A stretch of 32,000 nt of DNA from Candidatus Heimdallarchaeota archaeon B3_Heim (GTDB taxonomy: Archaea; Asgardarchaeota; Heimdallarchaeia; Hodarchaeales; Hodarchaeaceae), in assembly GCA_003144275.1 (NCBI GenBank), contig NJBF01000014.1, positions 30,001 through 62,000 of the forward strand, read 5' to 3'. Shown one piece after another: positions 25,294 to 32,000 of this stretch (position 1 is the stretch's first letter; each line of letters opens with the position of its first letter). The notes under the pieces were generated by a model that did no database searches, had not been told where the DNA came from, and saw nothing but the letters and a program-made list of their open reading frames with translations. A program made the position numbers and the translations under genes.

Positions 25294-25584
25294 ATGAAAA
25301 CACGACGAGAACAAATTGTAGAATTGTTATCGAAAAATGAAAAAATGACTCTTCAAGAATTAGCTGATTTTACTAAAACATCAGTTAAGACTATAGCTAT
25401 GGACTTAGATTCAGTCCGAAAAACAATAAAGTACGATAATAAGCGAATTGAGGTAAATCCTGCTTCGTGTGTGGCTTGTGGTTATGTGTTTTTAGGTAGA
25501 GGACGAATTAGCGACCCTCATAAATGTCCTGAATGTCATTCAGAAAGGATAAATGCTCAGAAATTTCGTATTGTCTCGATTTGA
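25294..25584 (+). CDS. HTH plus Zn-ribbon transcriptional regulator (COG3357-like)
   Basis: TRREQIVELL...TLQELA HTH; CVACGY and CPECHSERI zinc-ribbon CxxC pairs. Confidence 0.88.
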   Translation: MKTRREQIVELLSKNEKMTLQELADFTKTSVKTIAMDLDSVRKTIKYDNKRIEVNPASCVACGYVFLGRGRISDPHKCPECHSERINAQKFRIVSI

Positions 25585-25613
25585 AACAGTAGATATGATT
25601 TTCGGTTGAAAAT

Positions 25614-26033
25614 TTATTCCCCACTACTTCCGAATCCTCCTCCTCTGTCCGATTGATCATCAAGCCATTTAGATTCACTGATTTGCACTTTTACAACTCT
25701 GTGAATGATTAATTGAGCTACTCTATGGCCAGGTTGGATTAGATGATCCTCCACCCCTCTGTTGTTCATAACAATCATTATTTCCCCCCTATATCCAGAA
25801 TCAATTATTCCTGCGGTACAAAAAACTCCTTTCTTTGCTAGTGAACTTCTACTTTCGATTTTCCCAAAGAAACCAGCTTCAATCTCTAGACATATACCAG
25901 TGTGAACAATGTCAGTACTCCCAGTAGGGAGAGTTAGATCATCAATTGCATATAGATCAAAAGCAGCGTCATTTAAATTATGTTTTGTTGGAATTTGGGC
26001 TTTTTTAGACATTTTTTTAACTTTTAACTGCAT
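25614..26033 (-). CDS. dut: dUTP diphosphatase (trimeric dUTPase)
   Basis: Motifs AAFDLYA, ESRSSLA, GIIDSGYRGE, RVAQLI, RGGGFGSSG. Confidence 0.95.
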   Translation of the reverse strand: MQLKVKKMSKKAQIPTKHNLNDAAFDLYAIDDLTLPTGSTDIVHTGICLEIEAGFFGKIESRSSLAKKGVFCTAGIIDSGYRGEIMIVMNNRGVEDHLIQPGHRVAQLIIHRVVKVQISESKWLDDQSDRGGGFGSSGE

Positions 26034-26126
26034 TATTTTTCAATTCCGGTTTACAATCGACTTTAAAGAGATGTGATTGCGTTCTCGCTCATTCTAAATC
26101 TGAATAAACCCCCCCTTCTTTTTAAC

Positions 26127-27326
26127 TCAGGATCCAAGTATCTCTTTAATAATATTCACAGCCCACAGAATTTCTTCCTCTTTGATAACAAGTGGTGGAG
26201 CAAATCTGATAGCGTAATCATGAGTTTCCTTGGCTAAAATTCCTTTGTCTATTAATTGTTGTGTAAACGGCCGAGCTTTCTCTGTTAATTCGATCGCAAT
26301 TAATAATCCTTTACCCCGAACCTCCTTGATTCTAGGGTGTTTAATTTCTTTTAACTTTTGCAGAAATAATTCACCCATAGTCGTGGCCTTTTCATCAAGT
26401 TTTTCATCGACAAGAATGTCCAAAGCTGCGTCGCCCACTGCGCACGCTAATGGAAAACCACCAAAAGTCGATCCATGTGTACCAGGAGTAAAAACTTTCA
26501 TAATTTCCTTGCGACTGACAACTGCAGAGACAGGTAGCAGACCTCCTCCTAATGCCTTTCCCAAAGTCATGACATCGGGGATAATTCCATCATGTTGATG
26601 ACAAAACATCTTTCCAGTCCGACAAAATCCAGTTTGGATTTCGTCTAGAATCATCAGTACATTATTTACTGTGCAGATTTCACGTACTTTCTTTAAATAC
26701 CCCCCTTTCGGAATCAAAACCCCCGCTTCACCTTGGATAGGTTCAACCATAAACCCTACAGTATTTGGAGTTATAGCTTTTTCAAGAGCTTCAATATTAT
26801 CGTAAGGTATTACTTTAAATCCTGGTGTATATGGTCCGAAACCAGTGTATGCATCTGGGTCAGTAGAAAAGCCAATAATGGTTGTGGTTCGACCATGAAA
26901 ATTATTTTCACAGACTATAATTTCGGCTTTATCTTTCTCAACTCCCTTTTCTTCATAACCCCATTTTCTTGTCATTTTAATTGCAGTTTCGACTGCTTCT
27001 GCCCCTGTGTTCATGGGTAGGGCCATATCGAACCCCTCTCCACAAATATCAAGCAGATGTTTAAGAAAAAGACCCATGCGGTCGTTGTGGAATGCTCGCG
27101 AGGTCAATGCGACACATTTTAGCTGTTCTTCAAGAGCCTCAACTATTTTCGGGTGTAGGTGGCCCTGATTGACAGCAGAATAAGCCGAAAGGCAATCTAA
27201 ATATTTTTTTCCTTCAGGGTCATAAACCCAAACTCCTTTGGCTTTGGTAATTACAACAGGTATGGGATGATAATTATGTGCACCATATTGCACATCAAAC
27301 TCAATGTATTCTTTAGAATTAGGCAT
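26127..27326 (-). CDS. rocD: ornithine--oxo-acid aminotransferase (class III PLP enzyme)
   Basis: YGAHNYHP, YLDCLSAYSAVNQGH, PMNTGAEAVETA, NFHGRT, EPIQGEAG, DEIQTG, TLGKALGGG, HGSTFGG. Confidence 0.94.
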   Translation of the reverse strand: MPNSKEYIEFDVQYGAHNYHPIPVVITKAKGVWVYDPEGKKYLDCLSAYSAVNQGHLHPKIVEALEEQLKCVALTSRAFHNDRMGLFLKHLLDICGEGFDMALPMNTGAEAVETAIKMTRKWGYEEKGVEKDKAEIIVCENNFHGRTTTIIGFSTDPDAYTGFGPYTPGFKVIPYDNIEALEKAITPNTVGFMVEPIQGEAGVLIPKGGYLKKVREICTVNNVLMILDEIQTGFCRTGKMFCHQHDGIIPDVMTLGKALGGGLLPVSAVVSRKEIMKVFTPGTHGSTFGGFPLACAVGDAALDILVDEKLDEKATTMGELFLQKLKEIKHPRIKEVRGKGLLIAIELTEKARPFTQQLIDKGILAKETHDYAIRFAPPLVIKEEEILWAVNIIKEILGS

Positions 27327-27702
27327 AACAATCACATTATCTATACAGATTATCCTTAAAATAAGGAAGAAGTTTATTGTTTAGAGATCTCTGAATGGAC
27401 AAAATATCAATACGATAAAAAACTTTCGAATGTAGCAATATTGATCACTAGAATTTCTATATTTTTGTCCATCTTTAATAGTAATTTATGGGGATTGGTC
27501 AATTTCAACTGAATTAATTTCTTCACAGTCTATTGAATTGTTGAAAACTCTATTGGCTATTCCCAAAATTCATCATAATTATGTAGATTATTGGTAAAAT
27601 TTCTAATTGGAACGAATTAAATACTATATTATTCAAAAAAGTATATTAAGAGAATCCTTACGTATCTTAATGGTCAACTAAAGATTGGGGAGAAAATGAT
27701 TA

Positions 27703-28434
27703 TCAATCGTTATAGAAATCAATATATCGGAAGTGTGGCGGATCATACAGTGATTCATCTTGGAGCACGTTACAAACAAATTCAAAAAGTTTCAAAACTG
27801 ATTCAGGCTGGTTGGCCGCACAGCCTAAATTTAATTTTACTGAGAATTGTCTCATTCTATGTTCATCTAAGCTCCCCCCTGTCTCTTTGCCAGTAATCCA
27901 CCCTCTCCTGATTTTATAAATTTCTTTCTCAACAAAATCTGGAGGTTTATTTTTCTTAAAATACTCCAGGTCTTCCTCATCAAACACAGGATCTTGGAAA
28001 AATTCGTCTATATCCACTGCTACAAAGAAACATCTATTCGAGGAGGGTATATATTGTTCAAAATCAATGTAAACGTTCGTCGACTCTGCCCCTACTAAAC
28101 TATACAGGATTAAGATTATTGAATCCTCGGTAACGTAATCTACTAGCTCCGTATCTCTTATCGTCTTATCTGGTTTACCTTTCTTTCGCATAAGAAGTTT
28201 AGAACTAATGGTTTCATAATAATGTCTCATAAATATTTCGGTAATTTCTAGCGATGACAGATCACATCCTCGTTGCCGTAATTTCTCAATAAACTTATCC
28301 GATTTTATGATTGTTAAAAAATCTCTAAATCTTTCAAACTTAGAGTCTGGGATTTTTTCTATCTCACTTATCGGGGAAAGAACTACTAGGTTAACCTTAT
28401 CTAATCCACGAGCACCCACTAAATACAACCTCAA
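27703..28434 (-). CDS. hypothetical protein (243 aa), no family recognised
   Basis: Long ORF with TTG start and protein-like composition; no competing long ORF. Confidence 0.65.
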   Translation of the reverse strand: MRLYLVGARGLDKVNLVVLSPISEIEKIPDSKFERFRDFLTIIKSDKFIEKLRQRGCDLSSLEITEIFMRHYYETISSKLLMRKKGKPDKTIRDTELVDYVTEDSIILILYSLVGAESTNVYIDFEQYIPSSNRCFFVAVDIDEFFQDPVFDEEDLEYFKKNKPPDFVEKEIYKIRRGWITGKETGGSLDEHRMRQFSVKLNLGCAANQPESVLKLFEFVCNVLQDESLYDPPHFRYIDFYND

Positions 28435-28667
28435 AATGATTGCTTGATATTTAATAGTCTACAGTATTTATAATTACCCTATAACTCTATAATCCTACAG
28501 CACCTTAAATTCAATGATACGTATCGGATATTAAATTCTATAATTCATTCTATACTCCACAACTGGATACCACGTTAAAGGAATACGCGAGTATAAGTTA
28601 ATTTCAAGTATTAATAAAAAACATCTTTTTTTTTAGGAGAATTTGATTATTATCTAGATTCATCCAG

Positions 28668-29129
28668 TCAAGTACCATAGTTGAGTATTTGATTTTGTTT
28701 TACTTTCCGCAATGTGATTGAAGTATAGGTTTTGTTTACCCCTTCAATGAGGGAAATCTGCTTCTCAACAATATCGTGCAAATTATCGATCGAAGCAGCA
28801 TTTCCAATACATAGAATATCATGAATTCCTGTTGTGATCTTTATTACATGAATTTCTGTTATTCCATCAAGAATCGATATAATATCTTCCATATGACTAG
28901 CATCGATATCTAACTCGCAGATAAATTCTATTTGATAATGAATTTTCGCGGGATCTATATCAATTGTAAATCGTTGAATTACTCCCTGAGTTTCTAGTTT
29001 TTTTACCCGATCAGATATCGTTTGTGGGGAAACTTTCAATTGGGTTGCAATATCACGATATCTCTTTCTTCCATCCTTACTAAGAGCGTGTAAAATTATG
29101 TGATCATTTTCATCCAATGCTTTATCCAT
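28668..29129 (-). CDS. Lrp/AsnC family transcriptional regulator
   Basis: LDENDHIILHALSKDGRKRYRDIA..LKVSPQTISDRVKKLETQGVI HTH; RAM domain ITTGIHDIL...IEGVNKTYTSI. Confidence 0.93.
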   Translation of the reverse strand: MDKALDENDHIILHALSKDGRKRYRDIATQLKVSPQTISDRVKKLETQGVIQRFTIDIDPAKIHYQIEFICELDIDASHMEDIISILDGITEIHVIKITTGIHDILCIGNAASIDNLHDIVEKQISLIEGVNKTYTSITLRKVKQNQILNYGT

Positions 29130-29176
29130 TGACGGATGTCTCCAAATTGTCGGTGATTTTTAATTTTCTTTCTTGT

Positions 29177-29983
29177 TTACGAATTAGAAACTTTTCCTAA
29201 GCGCCAAATTAACCAGTAACGATGGGCAATACTTGCAGGTAGCAAAGCAGGTATTAATACCATGAGACCAAGGACAACTAATGTTCCTAGTTCTAATTTT
29301 AAAGTTAAAAGGATCGCCCAGATTCCACCGGCAAAGATAGCGTAGACTATAATGAATACAACATAGTCTGCCACGGTATCAAACGCCCCTTTAAGAAATC
29401 CAAACATGCTATTCAAAAGCAAGATGCCCAGTTCAATTATTCCTTGAATTATTAGTTTTATAAATTCTAAAAATCCCTGAAATACAGATGCCCCTCCCAA
29501 GATAACCGATCGAGCGCCAGCGAAAATAGAATCCAATCCTAGATATGCACCAGGTATCGCAATAAATAGTGTATAGAGAAAGAGGAAAACTAAAGCTAAA
29601 ATTTCATTCAAATTGGTAAATAATATCAGAATTCCTGTCAGAAGTGCAAATGGGGTCATTAAGATAGAAAAACTAACTAAACCATCTATTCCAGGATTCA
29701 TTTCTTTTTTATCGGGATTTTGAGAGAAGAATCGGATCGCTCGATGTGCCTGAGTATAAGTTTTAGTTGGACGTTCTCTACGGGTGAATCGAACATACGA
29801 TTCATTTTTGGGTCTTTGAGAAGGTTTGACTATCACATTTCCAAAATCAATGTCAGATATTTCATCTCTGGCGATTTTACCCGCACGTTTCATCTCACGG
29901 TTAATTACATTACCTGCCTCGACAGCTTTCTTTCCAAAAAATCGTCCAAGCTTCTTAGTTGTGGACTCATCTTTTTCACTCAT
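29177..29983 (-). CDS. hypothetical multi-pass membrane protein (about 4 TM in two hairpins)
   Basis: Basic N-terminal ~95 aa, hydrophobic hairpin, amphipathic linker, second hydrophobic hairpin. ATG 29983 is likely (track TTG 29992). Confidence 0.8.
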   Translation of the reverse strand: MSEKDESTTKKLGRFFGKKAVEAGNVINREMKRAGKIARDEISDIDFGNVIVKPSQRPKNESYVRFTRRERPTKTYTQAHRAIRFFSQNPDKKEMNPGIDGLVSFSILMTPFALLTGILILFTNLNEILALVFLFLYTLFIAIPGAYLGLDSIFAGARSVILGGASVFQGFLEFIKLIIQGIIELGILLLNSMFGFLKGAFDTVADYVVFIIVYAIFAGGIWAILLTLKLELGTLVVLGLMVLIPALLPASIAHRYWLIWRLGKVSNS

Positions 29984-30244
29984 TCTTTTCAAGCATCCTT
30001 TTTAGTAAGTCATTAAACTGACCCTTAGATTTTTAAGCATTCTTCTAAAGGTATACAATTTCTCCATCCATTATTATTAGAAAAAAGTTCCGCCTTAATG
30101 TGTCAAGAAAAAGAAAATAGAATTATCATAGTTCTTGCTATTTTTGTAAGATATCTAAAGAAAAATAAGATAAAGAGTTTATGATTGCTAAACCCTTAAG
30201 AATTTCTCTCTTAGCTTTTAAGTGATTGAATAGAGTGTAATTAC

Positions 30245-30952
30245 TTGATTAGTGAATCGCAGCTTAACACGTTACATAATTTTACTGAACTTCTCCTTAA
30301 ATGGTTTGAAAAGAACAGACGTGATTTACCTTGGAGAAAAAAAAGAGATCCTTATCATATTCTTGTGAGCGAAATTATGCTGCAGCAAACCAAAGTGGAC
30401 CTTGTAATTCCGATCTATGAGGAATTTCTAAGAAGATTTCCAACAATAGAGGTTTTAGCAGGTGCTTCTCTAGAGCAAGTACGATTAATAACAGACAAAC
30501 TTGGGTATACTCGGAGAAGTAAATTTCTTTTTGAGATTGCAAAAGAACTAAGTGATAGAAGAAAGGGTGTATTTCCCTCCTCTCTTGATGAGTTATTAGA
30601 ATTGAAAGGTATTGGCCGATATACTGCAGGAGCTATCCTCAGTTTTGCGTTTGAAAAAAATGATAAGAACGCAGCCATTGTTGATGTGAATGTCGAGAGA
30701 GTGATTAGTCGAATCTTTGGCACTTGGAGAGACGAAAGAAATGCTAAATTTGATAGAAGAATGTGGGCATTTGCAGAAGAATTTATTATAAATGGTAATG
30801 TCTGGACAAAAAATCAAGCGATTATGGATTTAGGAGCTATTCTTTGTGTTTCTTCAAATCCCAGATGCTATATATGTCCTATGAACGTTCTCTGCAAATA
30901 TTATAAACAGGTAGTTCCCAAAATAACTCCATTGGATTCCTTTTTTGAATGA
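30245..30952 (+). CDS. mutY: short MutY-like HhH-GPD DNA glycosylase with [4Fe-4S] cluster, lacking the C-terminal MutT-like domain
   Basis: RRDLPWR, PYHILVSEIMLQQT, LGY, HhH LKGIGRYTAGAILSFAF, VDVNVERVISR, QAIMDLGA, C-X6-C-X2-C-X5-C. Confidence 0.85.
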   Translation: MISESQLNTLHNFTELLLKWFEKNRRDLPWRKKRDPYHILVSEIMLQQTKVDLVIPIYEEFLRRFPTIEVLAGASLEQVRLITDKLGYTRRSKFLFEIAKELSDRRKGVFPSSLDELLELKGIGRYTAGAILSFAFEKNDKNAAIVDVNVERVISRIFGTWRDERNAKFDRRMWAFAEEFIINGNVWTKNQAIMDLGAILCVSSNPRCYICPMNVLCKYYKQVVPKITPLDSFFE

Positions 30953-30970
30953 ATAACAAATGGTGATACT

Positions 30971-32000
30971 TTGAAAAAACAGATCAAAGAGAGAGATCCC
31001 TTTCCTGAGTTTATCAAACACATCACACCATATATTTATAGCATTATTCGGAAATTGAAAGACTCTAGTGGTACTAATTCAGAATCAGAAGTTTTTTTCG
31101 AGAATATATTTCTTTCAGAAAATGTAAATGCAACAGATCAAAAAATTAATTCAATTTCAACTGTTATGGCGGTTTTGATATATGATTGTCTCTGTATAGG
31201 ATTAAAGACTCTTAAGAGGGTCGAATTGCTGGGTGAACATTCGTACTTCAATTCAATTCACATGATATTTGATAGAATTACTGAAAAAAACTTAGATATC
31301 CCTCTGTTTCACTCACCAATATTTCCTCTACACTCTCTTATTGAACTGTTCGTATCTAAACCTTATATTTCAAATGAATGTCTAAAATTCCTTTTAGAAA
31401 ATACTAGCAATTCAATAAACTATTCCCAAATGAAGTTCCCTTATTACTATGATAGGAGTATCGGGCAAAATAAAATAAAAAACCAAGGCCAAGTTTTTAC
31501 TCCGATCTCTGTCATAGATTTTATTTTTGATCAGGTGATTGTTCCTGAAACTGAGATAATTCTTGATCCTGCAGCTGGTACTGGTGTTTTTTTACTTCGT
31601 GCTTTAGAAAACTTACCCAAGATTGACCTTTCTGAAGTAATAAAAGTAATTGCAATTGAGAAAGATCCGATACTCAGTCTCATATGTGAGAGCGCATTAA
31701 AAGTATTTTGCAAATTACAATCACAATCAATCGAATGTCAAGTATATAATCAAGATTTTTTTCAAAGTGCCTCTATTTTAAGTGAGTTACGGTCTGAAAA
31801 GCATGGAGTTATTGCTATTTTAATGAATCCGCCATATACTCGTCAAGAGCTAATTCCAATTAGGGAAAAAGATTTCATAAGGAATAGAGTTTCTTCTACA
31901 AGCGTTATTTCGGATTTTAAACGGAAATACACTTCTTTTCGAGTTTCAGGTCAATCTAGTTTATATATTTATTTCATCCTTTATATTTCTGAGTTTTTAA
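30971..32000 (+). CDS. N6-adenine DNA methyltransferase (gamma class, Eco57I/TaqI-like), 3'-truncated by the window edge (>340 aa); absent from the ORF track
   Basis: Manual translation from TTG 30971 (GGTGAT upstream) is open to the window end: GQVFTP (motif X), ILDPAAGTGVFL (motif I, about 31559-31594), IAIEKD, NQDFF, MNPPYTRQE (motif IV, NPPY at 31826-31837). Confidence 0.88.
   Translation, partial: MKKQIKERDPFPEFIKHITPYIYSIIRKLKDSSGTNSESEVFFENIFLSENVNATDQKINSISTVMAVLIYDCLCIGLKTLKRVELLGEHSYFNSIHMIFDRITEKNLDIPLFHSPIFPLHSLIELFVSKPYISNECLKFLLENTSNSINYSQMKFPYYYDRSIGQNKIKNQGQVFTPISVIDFIFDQVIVPETEIILDPAAGTGVFLLRALENLPKIDLSEVIKVIAIEKDPILSLICESALKVFCKLQSQSIECQVYNQDFFQSASILSELRSEKHGVIAILMNPPYTRQELIPIREKDFIRNRVSSTSVISDFKRKYTSFRVSGQSSLYIYFILYISEFL

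Noticed and set aside
31531-31713. 60-aa minus-strand ORF
   Set aside because: Antisense to methyltransferase motif I in the long plus-strand frame.
1-32000. tRNA, rRNA, CRISPR arrays, transposases, integrases
   Set aside because: No cloverleaf or GC-rich RNA segments, spaced repeats or DDE/tyrosine-recombinase motifs were seen by eye; tRNAscan-SE/Infernal were not run.

Overview
AT-rich archaeal genomic window, most likely from an Asgard archaeon (Heimdallarchaeia/Hodarchaeales-like). This is inferred from four Rab/Roc-like small GTPases, a Roadblock-like protein and archaeal-type housekeeping genes. Left to right it holds: a partial DUF499-type ATPase, a cupin, a PH-like/alpha-beta-hydrolase fusion, a porGDAB 2-oxoacid:ferredoxin oxidoreductase operon, a chromosome-organisation cluster, a minus-strand signalling-like module, a DPM1-like glycosyltransferase, another Rab-like GTPase, amino-acid and nucleotide metabolism genes (OCD/mu-crystallin family, rocD, dut, Lrp), a short MutY-like glycosylase, and a partial N6-adenine DNA methyltransferase. 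The chromosome cluster is smc-scpA plus TWO tandem divergent scpB paralogues, split by an antisense 799-aa TrmB-like protein carrying a ~575-aa helical insert. The signalling-like module is a Roadblock-like protein, a long coiled coil and two tandem small GTPases with DxxGE. The best candidates for an undescribed system are (i) the SMC-ScpA-ScpB1/ScpB2 complex (possible heterodimeric kite) with the giant TrmB-like rod protein and (ii) the adjacent Roadblock/coiled-coil/twin-GTPase module. All family assignments come from motif recognition by eye; no database searches were run. No rRNA, tRNA, CRISPR array or transposase was seen.
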